Assembly (NCBI GenBank): GCA_038212275.1
Contig: JBBQUR010000031.1
Coordinates: 1-38,612, forward strand
DNA length: 38,612 nt
Direction of reading: 5' to 3'
Source: Planctomycetota bacterium
GTDB taxonomy: Bacteria > Planctomycetota > B15-G4
Part shown: piece after piece, positions 1 through 9,259 of the stretch
How positions within the stretch are numbered: position 1 is the stretch's first letter
How the letters are laid out: every line of letters begins with the position of its first letter
The notes under the pieces: model-generated
What the model saw: the letters and a program-made list of their open reading frames with translations, nothing else
Told to the model about the DNA's origin: nothing
The model's database searches: none
Made by a program: the position numbers and the translations under genes

Positions 1-108
1 CACGGGCGCAGCGCCGGACAATCCTCCCGCCCCGCGCACTCCCCGTGCCACGCGACTCCCGCCCGTCTCGACCAAGGGGCAGCTCTCGGCCAAGCGAAGC
101 CGCGCCCC
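1..108 (-). repeat. Partial inverted copy of the long palindromic non-coding element at 38181-38424, truncated by the window edge
   Basis: 1-108 aligns by eye with the reverse complement of 38178-38286 with about 7 differences; it lies 22 nt downstream of the stop codon of the last GT4 gene. Confidence 0.93.
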
Positions 109-130
109 AAGCGCGACCGCCCCAAGTGTC

Positions 131-1588
131 TTATCCCCTCCGCAAACCGGCGTTCTCCGCACGCAGCGCGGCAACGACATCCTCCCAGCCTTCGCTGCGC
201 AGCAACTCGTGCAGACCCGCTTCGCGCAGCGCGAACAGGCGCTCGCGCTGCGACAGCGACAACTCTTCGGCGGCTCGCGCGTCGCCGGAGGGCTCGCGCC
301 AGGCGCTGCGTGCGGCGAGGTCCGCGTAGAGCGGCATGAGCCGGGCGAGGTGCTCTCCGGCATCGAGGCGCGCTGCGGCCGGCGCGGCGGTCATCGCGGC
401 GCGGGCTGCGGGATCCGTCGCGAGGCGTTGCAGGGCGCGGGCGAGCGCGGCCGCATCGCCTCGCGGGAAGAGCTCGAGGCGGCCGGTGGCCCGGTCGGCC
501 AGCGCGCCGAGGTCGCTGGCGAGCACGGGCACGTTCAGCGCGCAGGCTTCGTCGAGGGCGAAGGAGTAGCTCTCCGCGCAGAGCGTCGGCAGGACGACGG
601 CGTCGATGGCCGCGCGCGAAAGCTCCGCGGGACGGTAGGCCCCGTGCCAGACGACGGCCGGCGATGCGGTGACGGCATCGCCGGAGCGGCCGACGCGCCG
701 CGCGTCGACGACCCGCTGGCGCAGGGCGGCCTCGCCTGCAGCATCGGGAGCCGCGCCCCACACGTGCAGTTCGACGAGCGCGGGGTCTGGCAGCGCGGCG
801 TGCGCATCGAGCAGCACCTCCACGCCCTTGAGCGGATGCAGGTGGCCGAAGGTCCCCACGCGCAGCGGATCGCCGCGGCGCGCCACGCGAGCGGCGAGCG
901 GCGCGGTGGCGGGCTGCAGGTTCACGTCGCTTGCCGGCGCAAGCACGGTGATCGAGCGCTGCAGACCCAGCCACCGGAGCACGCGGGCGCCGTGGCCGGC
1001 GGTCGGCGCAAGCAGCGCGTCGGCCGCCGCGACCTCCGCGCGCAGCTCCGCGGCGAAGGCCTCCACCGAAGCGTCGATCTCGGCATCGCCCTGGAAGCGC
1101 CAGCGCGGCGCGCAATGCCGGCACGCCTCGGGCGAGGGCGGCACCTCGCAGAAGGAGAGATCGGCCTTCACGCGGTGATAGCGCGGGCAGCTCGAGAACA
1201 GGTCGTGCAACGACAGCGCCACCGGCACGCCGCGCAGCCGGCAGCAGCCCACGAGCGTCGTGGTCAGCCGCGCCCAGTGGTGCACGTGCACGACCTCCGG
1301 TCGGAAGTCGTCGAGCCAGGCGAGGAAGGCGCGTTCCACGAACGGGTCGTGCAGCTTGTCCCAGCGCTCGAAGAAGAGGTCGCTGCGATGCACGCGCACC
1401 ACACCGACACCCGGCGCGCGCTGGCTGCGCACCACCTCGAAGCGCGGGCGCCACTCGATGCTGCCCGTGAAGATCTCGATCCGGTGGCCGGCGCCGGCCA
1501 GCGCATCGGCCAGCGCGGCGACGAGGCTCTCGGTGCCGCCGACCAGCTCCGGCGGCTGGCCGTGCACCACGAGGCCGATGCGGGTCAC
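131..1588 (-). CDS. Glycosyltransferase family 4 (GT-B fold)
   Basis: N-terminal PPELVGGTE, VVHVHH, GHLHPLKG, ESYSFALDEA and ASDLGAL motifs; GTG start overlaps the upstream stop (GTGA). Confidence 0.9.
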   Translation of the reverse strand: MTRIGLVVHGQPPELVGGTESLVAALADALAGAGHRIEIFTGSIEWRPRFEVVRSQRAPGVGVVRVHRSDLFFERWDKLHDPFVERAFLAWLDDFRPEVVHVHHWARLTTTLVGCCRLRGVPVALSLHDLFSSCPRYHRVKADLSFCEVPPSPEACRHCAPRWRFQGDAEIDASVEAFAAELRAEVAAADALLAPTAGHGARVLRWLGLQRSITVLAPASDVNLQPATAPLAARVARRGDPLRVGTFGHLHPLKGVEVLLDAHAALPDPALVELHVWGAAPDAAGEAALRQRVVDARRVGRSGDAVTASPAVVWHGAYRPAELSRAAIDAVVLPTLCAESYSFALDEACALNVPVLASDLGALADRATGRLELFPRGDAAALARALQRLATDPAARAAMTAAPAAARLDAGEHLARLMPLYADLAARSAWREPSGDARAAEELSLSQRERLFALREAGLHELLRSEGWEDVVAALRAENAGLRRG

Positions 1589-3195
1589 GGCTTCTTCGGC
1601 CCCTTGGGCGTCGGCGTCGGCCGGGCGTCGGCGGGCCGCGCGTCGGCGGGCCGCGCGTCGGAGGCCTTGGCGTCCGGGGTCCTGGCTGTCGGGGACTTCG
1701 CGGGCGGCGACTTCGACGCGGCGGGCTTTGCCGCAGGAGACGGCGACGGCGCCGCCTTGCCGGAGGCCCCCTTGCCGGCCTGCTTGCCGACGGCGACCCG
1801 GACCGGCGGCGTGAGCAGCTCCTGGTAGAGCGCCTCCATCGCGGCTGCGTCGTCCTCGATGGTGCGCGGCGGATCCATCGCCACGCTCCAGGTGCGCAGC
1901 GTGGTCGGGTTCTTCAGCACCGCGCCCATGTGCGCGGCCAGCGCGGCGACGTCACCCGCCGGGAAGAGCCGCCCGGAGCGTCCGTCCGCGATGAGCTCGG
2001 CCATGCCGCCCTGACCCGACGCGATGACGGGCACGCCCGCGGCGAAGGCCTCCTGGATGACCACCGGCGAGTTTTCCAGCCACAGCGACGGCATGACGAG
2101 ACAGTCGATCTGCGCAAAGGCCTGCCCGATCTGCGTGCGATCCATCGGGCCGCAGAAGGTGACGTCGAAACCGTCCGCGAGGTCGCGCAGCGTGCGGCCG
2201 TAGTCGGCGTAGTGCGCGTCGCTGCCGAAGATGAGCAGCCGGCAGCGCTCGCGCGGCAGCTGGCGCAGCGCGTCGACGAGCACGTGGACTCCCTTGTGCG
2301 GAGCCAGCGTGCCGATGAAACCGAAGGTGATCTTGGCGTCCTCGCGCTGGGGCCGCACGGCACCCACGAAGGGCCGCGTGTCGATGCCGTAGCGCGAAAT
2401 GCGCAGCTTCGTGCGCGGGATGCCCCACTCGGTCACGCGCTCGGCCACGGTGGCGGAGGGCGAGAGGAACATGTCCACCTGCTCCACCAGCTGCTTCACC
2501 TTGCGGATGCGGTGCTGCAGTTCGTCGCGCAGGTTCTCGTCCGCGCCGGCCTTGGCGCTGCTGCTGGGCGTGGACTGCTTGCGCTTGCGCAGCAGGCTGC
2601 TGCGGTCCTGCGCCCAGTAGACCAGCGGCGCGAGGTCCACGCCCGACAGCTCGCGCGTGACCTGAAGCAGCCTGATCACGAGCTTTTCGGGCTTGCCCTG
2701 GCTGAACACGAAGTCCTTCAGGCACGACTGGCAGTCCGGAAGGTTGGGGCCGTCGCACAGGTGGCCGTTGGGCAGCAGCAGCTGGCCGAAGCGCACGCAA
2801 TAGAGCCAGAAGTCGTTCAGCGTCATGACCACGCGCGCGCCGCCCGAGCGCGCCACCTGCGGCAGACCGAGCGACAGCAGCATGAGGTGCTGCACGTGGA
2901 CGATGTCCGGCTTGAAGGCCGCCTGCACGCGCTGGAACGCGGCCTCGACGCGCTGGTTGGCGAACGTCTCCGAAAACTGCTCGTGATCCAGGTTGTTGAT
3001 CAGCACGTGGCAGCGGAGGCCGTCCACGTCGCGCTCGATCATCGTGTAGCTGCGCAGCGAGAGTTCCTTCTCGCTGCAGAAGATCTCCACCTCGTGGCCG
3101 CGGGCCTGCAGGGCGCGCGCCAGGTTGTAGGTGTAGACCTCGGTGCCCGCCGAGTGCTGCGGCAGGAAGAAGTGCACCGGCATGAGGATCTTCAT
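1585..3195 (-). CDS. Glycosyltransferase family 4 with a Lys/Ala/Pro-rich low-complexity C-terminal tail
   Basis: MKIL...PQHSAGTE, GTLAPHKG, ENSPVVIQEA and GVPVIASGQGG motifs. Confidence 0.92.
   Translation of the reverse strand: MKILMPVHFFLPQHSAGTEVYTYNLARALQARGHEVEIFCSEKELSLRSYTMIERDVDGLRCHVLINNLDHEQFSETFANQRVEAAFQRVQAAFKPDIVHVQHLMLLSLGLPQVARSGGARVVMTLNDFWLYCVRFGQLLLPNGHLCDGPNLPDCQSCLKDFVFSQGKPEKLVIRLLQVTRELSGVDLAPLVYWAQDRSSLLRKRKQSTPSSSAKAGADENLRDELQHRIRKVKQLVEQVDMFLSPSATVAERVTEWGIPRTKLRISRYGIDTRPFVGAVRPQREDAKITFGFIGTLAPHKGVHVLVDALRQLPRERCRLLIFGSDAHYADYGRTLRDLADGFDVTFCGPMDRTQIGQAFAQIDCLVMPSLWLENSPVVIQEAFAAGVPVIASGQGGMAELIADGRSGRLFPAGDVAALAAHMGAVLKNPTTLRTWSVAMDPPRTIEDDAAAMEALYQELLTPPVRVAVGKQAGKGASGKAAPSPSPAAKPAASKSPPAKSPTARTPDAKASDARPADARPADARPTPTPKGPKKP
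1619..1663. repeat. 15-bp tandem repeat x3 (encodes DARPA-type units)
   Basis: ggccgggcgtcggcg / ggccgcgcgtcggcg / ggccgcgcgtcggag. Confidence 0.85.
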
Positions 3196-3288
3196 CGCGG
3201 GCTCGTCGGCATCGTGTTCGGGGTCATCGTCGTCAGCCTGGTCATCGGGGGCGGGTTGGCGGGACGGCTCGTCATCATCGGCAGTCGG

Positions 3289-4248
3289 TCACCGGGGCCT
3301 GCGCGCGAATCGGGCGGCCACCGCCGCATCGACGCGGGCGCCGCGCAGTCCGTCGAACACGCCGCGCAGCTTGGCCAGCGCCGCACGGCCGTGCCCGCGG
3401 ACGAGGCCCCGCAGGAAGGCCAGCGGCCACAGCAGCACGTCGAACACGATCAGGGCGGTCCACCCCGACAGGCTGCCGTGCTTGCGCAGGAAATGCACGG
3501 AGTTCACGCCGGTCATGTATTTGCGGCCGGCCGAGTAGCCGCCGCCCGTGCTGGACGACAGCGCGTGATACGCGATCGCGCCCGGCACCGCGACGACGCG
3601 CAGCCCGGCCTCCCGGATGCGGACGCACCAGTCGGCGTCCTCGAGGTAGCAGAAGAAGGCCTCGTCGAGCAGGCCGGCCGCGTCGCAGGCGGCGCGGCTC
3701 ACCATGAGGCAGGCGCCCGGCAGGTAGTCCACGTCGAAGGGCGAGCCGTTGCGTCGCGCGCCCCCGTGGCCGAGCAGCTGCGTCACGTTGAGCTGCGGAC
3801 CGATGCGCCCCCCGCAGGCCCAGACCACGTCCGGCCGGTCACTGTAGAGCAGGCACGGGCCGGCCGCGCCGACGGGGCTCGCGCCGTCGCCCGCATCCTC
3901 CTCGGCTTCCAGCACGCCCGAGAGCAGCGCGCCGAAGGTCTCGGGCGCGACGACCACATCGCTGTTGAGCAGGCAGACCCAGTCGGCGGCCAGGACATCG
4001 AAGGCGTGGCGCAACGCGCGGTTGTTGCCGCCCGCATAACCCAGGTTGCTCCCGAGGCGCAGCACGCAGAGTCCGGGGAACTCCGCGATGGCGCGGTCCA
4101 CCGAGTCATCCACGCTGCCGTTGTCCGCCAGCAGCATGGCGGGCCGCACGGTCGTCACGGCGGCCAGCGAGCGCAGGCATTCCAGCGTCTCGTCGCCTCC
4201 GTTCCAGTTCAGGACGACAGCCACGATGCGGGCCTGCGGAGTCAGCAC
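3289..4248 (-). CDS. Glycosyltransferase family 2 (GT2-like, rhamnosyltransferase-like); start uncertain
   Basis: VVLNWNG, ADNGSVD, NLGYAGGNN, LLNSD, GACLMV and FFCYLEDADW motifs; GTG at 4248 is the most plausible start. Confidence 0.85.
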   Translation of the reverse strand: MLTPQARIVAVVLNWNGGDETLECLRSLAAVTTVRPAMLLADNGSVDDSVDRAIAEFPGLCVLRLGSNLGYAGGNNRALRHAFDVLAADWVCLLNSDVVVAPETFGALLSGVLEAEEDAGDGASPVGAAGPCLLYSDRPDVVWACGGRIGPQLNVTQLLGHGGARRNGSPFDVDYLPGACLMVSRAACDAAGLLDEAFFCYLEDADWCVRIREAGLRVVAVPGAIAYHALSSSTGGGYSAGRKYMTGVNSVHFLRKHGSLSGWTALIVFDVLLWPLAFLRGLVRGHGRAALAKLRGVFDGLRGARVDAAVAARFARRPR

Positions 4249-4282
4249 GGCCGCATCGATCGGAGTGGGCTGTCCGTGCAGG

Positions 4283-5401
4283 TCATCTTGCCTCGGGGAG
4301 CATCCAGCGCACGGCCCGCCACCAGGCGCGCAGCACGACATTGAATGCCTTTTCGAGCCGCGCTTCCAGACGCGAGCGCACGATCACCGACGAGAGCGTC
4401 AGATCGTCGCTGCCCAGCAGCACGGCATCGCCGAGCACCCGCCGGCCGCCGAGCAGGCGGCGCTGGGCCATCGCCCTGGGCACCAGAGCGAGCAGGTCCC
4501 GATGGCCGCGCAGGGCGCTGCCCAGCATGCCGCGGCTGGCGGAAAAGCCGAGATAGACCAGGGCATAGAGCCCGCGCCCCGGAAGCGTGAGCACCAGCGT
4601 GCTCCACGAAAAATTCTTCAGGCAGAGGTAGCCGCGGTTGCGTGCGTGAAGGTAGGCCCGGCGCGACGGGTAGGCCGGTGCGCCCGGCCGGAACGAGATG
4701 CCGGCCGTGCCCTCGCGGTGCAGGACGATCGCCGCGGGCACGCGCCGCAGCCGCAGCCCGCGCGCGCGCAGCCGGTAGGACAGGTCGGCGTCCTCGAAGA
4801 GGATGAAGAAGGCGTCGTCGTAGCCGCCCGCGTCCAGCACGGGCTGCCGCGCGAGCAGCAGCGCCATGCTGATGACGGCGTCCACGTCCTCCGGCTGCGT
4901 GGGCGCGCCGGCGACGCTGCCCATGAGCCGGTCCAGGCAGAGCATGCCGGTGTAGTGCATGCGGCCGCCGTCGTAATGGATGACGGACGGGTCCGACGCG
5001 AGCACGGCGCGCGGCTGCACCGCGACGACGCCCGGCAGCTCCGCCTGCGCCGCGAGGAGCTCCAGCGTGTCGGGCCGCACGAGCACGTCGCTGTCGAGCT
5101 GCAGCACCCATGCGGTGCGTGCGCGCGACAGCGCGGCATTGCGCGCGGGACACGGGCCGGCGTTGGTCGGCAGCTCGAGCAGCTCCAGCGCGCCGCGGCC
5201 TTCGCGGGCGCGCGCGACCCACGCGGGCGCAGCCGCCACGGCGCGCCACCGCGCCACCGAGTCGTCGGTGGAGGCATTGTCCACGACGAGCACCTCGGCG
5301 ACCTCGCCGCGCAGCTGCAGCAGCGCGTCCAGGCAGGCCTCGAGAAACGCGGCGCCGTTGTAGTTGGTGACGCAGACCGTCACCGGGCCGAGGCCCGTCA
5401 C
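4283..5401 (-). CDS. Glycosyltransferase family 2
   Basis: VTNYNG, VVDNASTD, ARNAAL, LDSD and FFILFEDADL motifs; GTGA overlap at 5398-5401. Confidence 0.9.
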   Translation of the reverse strand: MTGLGPVTVCVTNYNGAAFLEACLDALLQLRGEVAEVLVVDNASTDDSVARWRAVAAAPAWVARAREGRGALELLELPTNAGPCPARNAALSRARTAWVLQLDSDVLVRPDTLELLAAQAELPGVVAVQPRAVLASDPSVIHYDGGRMHYTGMLCLDRLMGSVAGAPTQPEDVDAVISMALLLARQPVLDAGGYDDAFFILFEDADLSYRLRARGLRLRRVPAAIVLHREGTAGISFRPGAPAYPSRRAYLHARNRGYLCLKNFSWSTLVLTLPGRGLYALVYLGFSASRGMLGSALRGHRDLLALVPRAMAQRRLLGGRRVLGDAVLLGSDDLTLSSVIVRSRLEARLEKAFNVVLRAWWRAVRWMLPEAR

Positions 5402-6351
5402 AGTCCGGGCAGCCGGAAGTCGGGCGCGCGCACGACGGCGCGGCGCGCCAGGCAGTAGGGCAGGTTGGCCAGCGCATTGAGCGTGGCCTTCACGACGATC
5501 CACCACGCGCCGGGCGTCTCGCGCATGGCCTGAGCGAGGCCCATCGTGCCCGTGGCCTCCAGCTCGCGCTCGTGTGCCGCGGCCGTCGCGTCGGGGCGCA
5601 CGGCGCCGCGCTCCGGCGCGGGCTTCGAACCGCCCAGCGCCTTGCGCGCCATGCCCCACGCCGCGCGGAACACGTCGCTCCATGCGCAGTTCTTGAAGGC
5701 GTACAGCCAGAAGTTGCGCACGTGATAGTAGAGCGAGCGCTTGCCGGCCTTCATGCCGAAGGGCGTGGCATGGTGGATGACGGCATCGGGCAGCTGCACG
5801 ATGCGGAAGCCGCGCGCCAGCACGCGCGCCGCGAGGTCGCGCTCGTTGCCGTAGATGAAGAAGCGCTCGTCGTAGCCGCCGCAGTCGCGCAGCACGGCGC
5901 TGCGCACCAGCGTGCCGCAGCCGCGAAACGTGGAGGCGTAGTAGCGGCCGCGCGCAACCTCGGCGCGCTGGTAGTCCTCGGGCATGCCCGGCTCGATGAT
6001 GCGGCTGCTGATCATCGCGGTGGTCGCAGGCTCGGCCTCCAGTGCGGACTCCAGCGTGGCCAGCCAGTCGCCGGTCGCGACGACGTCGTCGTCCATGATC
6101 GCGACGGCGTCGCCGCTCGCCTTCCAGAAGCCGATGTTGAAGGTCTCGCAGGCGCCGAGGCGGTCGTGCGGCAGTTCCACCAGCACGACCTCCGGATGCT
6201 GCTCGCGGATGGCGGCCGCGGTGCCGTCGCGGCTCGCGTTGTCCACCACGACGATTTCGTCGGGCACGCGCCGGCCGGCGCGCAGCGCCGCGAGATTCGC
6301 CAGCACGGCCTCGCGCTTGTTCCAGGTGGAGATGACGGCCGTGATCTTCAT
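5398..6351 (-). CDS. Glycosyltransferase family 2
   Basis: MKITAVISTWNK, VVDNASRD, MDDD and GGYDERFFIYGNERDL motifs; ATGA overlap at 6348-6351. Confidence 0.9.
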   Translation of the reverse strand: MKITAVISTWNKREAVLANLAALRAGRRVPDEIVVVDNASRDGTAAAIREQHPEVVLVELPHDRLGACETFNIGFWKASGDAVAIMDDDVVATGDWLATLESALEAEPATTAMISSRIIEPGMPEDYQRAEVARGRYYASTFRGCGTLVRSAVLRDCGGYDERFFIYGNERDLAARVLARGFRIVQLPDAVIHHATPFGMKAGKRSLYYHVRNFWLYAFKNCAWSDVFRAAWGMARKALGGSKPAPERGAVRPDATAAAHERELEATGTMGLAQAMRETPGAWWIVVKATLNALANLPYCLARRAVVRAPDFRLPGL

Positions 6352-7184
6352 GCGGGGCGCGGGAGGCGACCTCCTGGTGCCACACCCGGGAACAGTCCCA
6401 GCTCCTGCGCCAGCGCGGCCAGCGAGCGCCGCGCCGACGCGACGCGCGCCGCGGGAAGCTCCAGGAAGGCCTCGGCGTGCGTGACGGCCGGAAGGTCCAC
6501 GTTCACGGTGCGGGCGCGACTGCGCGCATCGGCCTTGGCGACGAGGTCGATGACCCCGAGCTGGCTCGCGAACGCCGCCAGCGCCGCGCCCTTCGCCGCT
6601 GCCACCGTCGTGATGTCGAGCAGGAAGCTGGCCATGCACTCCGTGTTGACCTCGTACAGCAGCAGCAGCGGCCCGTTGGCGGTCGGCATCGAGGCGCCGG
6701 CCGTGACCGACGCGGTCGGAGGCGCGGCCGGCGTGACGGGCACGCCCTGCGCGGCGCACAGCGCGCGGCTCACCGCGTCCAGCGTCGCGACATGGTCGGG
6801 ATGCATCTCGAAAGGCGACGGCGCGTAGACCACGACCGGCTGCACCCGAGCCAGCAGCACACCGAGACGCGCCTCCAGCGTGGCGTCGGAGGCCACGCAC
6901 CCGTCGGCGGCCCCGAGGCAGCTGACCTGCGTGCGCCCCAGCGCCGCGGCAGCCGCACGCGACTCGGCGAGCCGCGCCGTGCCGTCGCCGCCCCCCTCGC
7001 CCGCGGTGACCAGCGCGACGTGCACGGCGTCGCCGCGGCGCACGTGCAGCGCGATCGCGCCGCCGCAGCCGAGGATCTCGTCGTCCGGGTGCGGCGCCAC
7101 GACGAGCACCGCGCCGCGCGGCACGCGCGACAGGTCGTGCAGCGGCGGAAAGCCCTGCGCGGGGCCGGCGGACGGAGCGGTCAT
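6348..7184 (-). CDS. PIG-L/LmbE-family N-acetylglucosaminyl deacetylase
   Basis: APHPDDE and HPDH Zn-binding motifs, YEV and FASQL; GGGAG RBS and ATGA overlap. Confidence 0.9.
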   Translation of the reverse strand: MTAPSAGPAQGFPPLHDLSRVPRGAVLVVAPHPDDEILGCGGAIALHVRRGDAVHVALVTAGEGGGDGTARLAESRAAAAALGRTQVSCLGAADGCVASDATLEARLGVLLARVQPVVVYAPSPFEMHPDHVATLDAVSRALCAAQGVPVTPAAPPTASVTAGASMPTANGPLLLLYEVNTECMASFLLDITTVAAAKGAALAAFASQLGVIDLVAKADARSRARTVNVDLPAVTHAEAFLELPAARVASARRSLAALAQELGLFPGVAPGGRLPRPA

Positions 7185-8434
7185 CGTCGTCTCCCGGAAA
7201 GCGCCCGAGCATAGAGTGCCGCCACGGCATCCGCATGCGCGGCGGGCGTGAGCTGTTCGTCGCGCGCGGCGCCGGCCCACTCCAGCAGCGGCCGGCCATC
7301 GCGCAGCAGCGCGGCCAGGAGATGCGCCAGCGCCACGGGGTCGGCGGCAGGCACCACGGCACCCGCCGCGCCGACACCCTCGGGCAGCGCGCCCCGGTCG
7401 CTGGCGATCACCGGCAGACCCAGCGCACGCGCTTCGGCAACCACGAGCCCGAAGGTCTCTTCCGCGCGGCTCGGGAACACGGCCACATCCGCCTCCGCGC
7501 GCAGCGAGGGCAGGTCGTCGGCCGTGAAGCGCCCGCGAAACGTGACGTCCAGGCCCTCGGCCGCGTCGAGCAGGGCCTCGGCGTGCACGGCGTCCGTCGG
7601 CTCGCCGAGCACGAGCAGCGCGAGGCGCTCGTCGCGCACCAGGCGCATGGCGGCCAGCAGATCCAGCACGCCCTTCGCCGGCGCGAGGTGCCCCCACGTG
7701 GCCAGCACGAGGCGGCCATCGCCCCGGTCGCGCGGCGGCATGGGCGCACGGTCCGCGAGCGCCACCGCGTGCGGCAGCGTGACGAGTCGCTCGGGCGCGA
7801 ACAGGCCGCTGCGCAACCAGCGCGCGCGGATCGTCTCGCGCGGCACGATGGCCAGCGCATACGCGTCCGCCTCCGCGGCGGCGCCGTGCTGCCGCGCGTG
7901 CAGCTCATGCTCCAGCGCCACGCGCCCCGCCGGGAAGTCGGGCAGCACGCAGTCCACGCAGCGCGCCGACGGCAGCGGAAAGCTCCGCTCGCAGCTCTGG
8001 CCGTCCGGGCGCACCAGGAAGAAACGCGCGCAGACCAGCGTGAAGTCGTGCAGCGTCGCCACGACGGCCTGGCCGCGCTCGGCGAGCCGCGCCCCGAGAT
8101 CCGCCGAGAGGTTCAGCGTGTGGTGCACGTGCACGACGTCCGGCGCGGCCTGCCCGACCAGACCGACGACCTGCTCCGCGACGCGCGGCAGGCGATAGTC
8201 CATCGAGTAGTTCTCGCCCGTGCGGCGCAGCACGCGCAGCACCTCGATGCCGTCCACGCGATCGGCGCGCACCTCGCCCTCCACCTGCCGCGGGTCGCAG
8301 CGCAGGCCGCTGCCGGCGATGACGAGCACCTCGTCGCCCCGCGCGCGCTGCGCGGCCGCGAGGCTCTGCACGCAGCTCTCCGTGCCGCCGCGGAACTCCG
8401 GCGGATACTGATGCACGACATGAACGACCTTCAC
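7181..8434 (-). CDS. Glycosyltransferase family 4
   Basis: YPPEFRGGTE, GHLAPAKG, ETFGLVVAEA and ASDRGALPE motifs; GTGA overlap. Confidence 0.9.
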   Translation of the reverse strand: MKVVHVVHQYPPEFRGGTESCVQSLAAAQRARGDEVLVIAGSGLRCDPRQVEGEVRADRVDGIEVLRVLRRTGENYSMDYRLPRVAEQVVGLVGQAAPDVVHVHHTLNLSADLGARLAERGQAVVATLHDFTLVCARFFLVRPDGQSCERSFPLPSARCVDCVLPDFPAGRVALEHELHARQHGAAAEADAYALAIVPRETIRARWLRSGLFAPERLVTLPHAVALADRAPMPPRDRGDGRLVLATWGHLAPAKGVLDLLAAMRLVRDERLALLVLGEPTDAVHAEALLDAAEGLDVTFRGRFTADDLPSLRAEADVAVFPSRAEETFGLVVAEARALGLPVIASDRGALPEGVGAAGAVVPAADPVALAHLLAALLRDGRPLLEWAGAARDEQLTPAAHADAVAALYARALSGRRR

Positions 8435-9204
8435 GCGCCGTTCCCGGACCGCCGGGAAGGCGCCGCGCCGGAGGATGCATCGGGCGCAGTGCCCGCCCAC
8501 GCCACGAAAACCTCGGCGTGCTGGCCGCCGGGCGGCAGCAGCACCGCGCGATAGCGGTTCAGGCCGTCCACCGCGCGCGGGATGTCATTCTGCTCGAGCT
8601 GGCTGGCGTAGCAGCGGATGGCCTCCAGCTTGCGCGGGTAGACCGCGCCGACGTCCACGGCGAGGTCCGCGTCGAGCGGCGACCAGACCTCGTAGCCGAA
8701 GAGCGCGGCGGCGCTGCGCGCGTCGCGGTGCGCGGCCTGCACGGCGAGCGCGACGAAGTGGTGGTCGCTGTGCGACTCGAGCAGGTGCGGCGCGTAGATC
8801 ACGTCGGGCCGCGTGCGCGCGAACAGGTCCGCGAGGCGCGCCGTCACCGCCGCCAGGTCCGCGGCCGTGACGACCATGCCGTCCGGGTAGGCCCAGAACT
8901 CCGTGCGCCCGATGCCGAGCACCGCCGCCGCCGCGCGCGCCTCGGCCTGACGGGTCGCGACGTATGCCGCCGGATCGTGCGCGTGGCGATGGTCGCCGTG
9001 GACGCCCGAGGTCACGAAGAGCGCGTCCACCGGGTCGCCCAGCGCTCGGTGCAGCAGCAGCGTGGCGCCGGGGCCGATGGCCTCGTCGTCCGGGTGCGGC
9101 GCGACGACGAGAACGCGTCCGCGCGCCGGCGGCGCCGTGAGCGGTCGCGCCACTTTGGGGGCGGGCAGCGCGAAGGGCTGCTCGTGGCTGGCCTGGCTGG
9201 TCAT
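8431..9204 (-). CDS. PIG-L/LmbE-family deacetylase
   Basis: APHPDDE, HSDH, YEVW and YASQL motifs. Confidence 0.92.
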   Translation of the reverse strand: MTSQASHEQPFALPAPKVARPLTAPPARGRVLVVAPHPDDEAIGPGATLLLHRALGDPVDALFVTSGVHGDHRHAHDPAAYVATRQAEARAAAAVLGIGRTEFWAYPDGMVVTAADLAAVTARLADLFARTRPDVIYAPHLLESHSDHHFVALAVQAAHRDARSAAALFGYEVWSPLDADLAVDVGAVYPRKLEAIRCYASQLEQNDIPRAVDGLNRYRAVLLPPGGQHAEVFVAWAGTAPDASSGAAPSRRSGNGA

Positions 9205-9212
9205 GCCGCGCG

Positions 9213-9218
9213 AGTCTA
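9213..9218 (-). promoter_or_regulatory. Putative -10 hexamer TAGACT, 8 nt before ATG 9204 (leaderless-type start)
   Basis: TANNNT with no Shine-Dalgarno; the same geometry recurs at six other genes. Confidence 0.55.
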
Positions 9219-9259
9219 GCAGCAGCGCGCCTGCAAACCTCCCCGCGACGGCCGCACGC

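Noticed and set aside
3289..3291. Selenocysteine recoding of the in-frame TGA
   Set aside because: The codon lies in a linker, not at a Cys-equivalent catalytic position, and no SECIS-like hairpin was recognised
4283..7697. Long fused ORFs in the track (4283-6385, 5398-7377, 6348-7697; also 18891-21467 and 31779-33152)
   Set aside because: The N-terminal extensions are off-frame overlaps of upstream genes; true starts sit at the 4-nt stop/start overlaps
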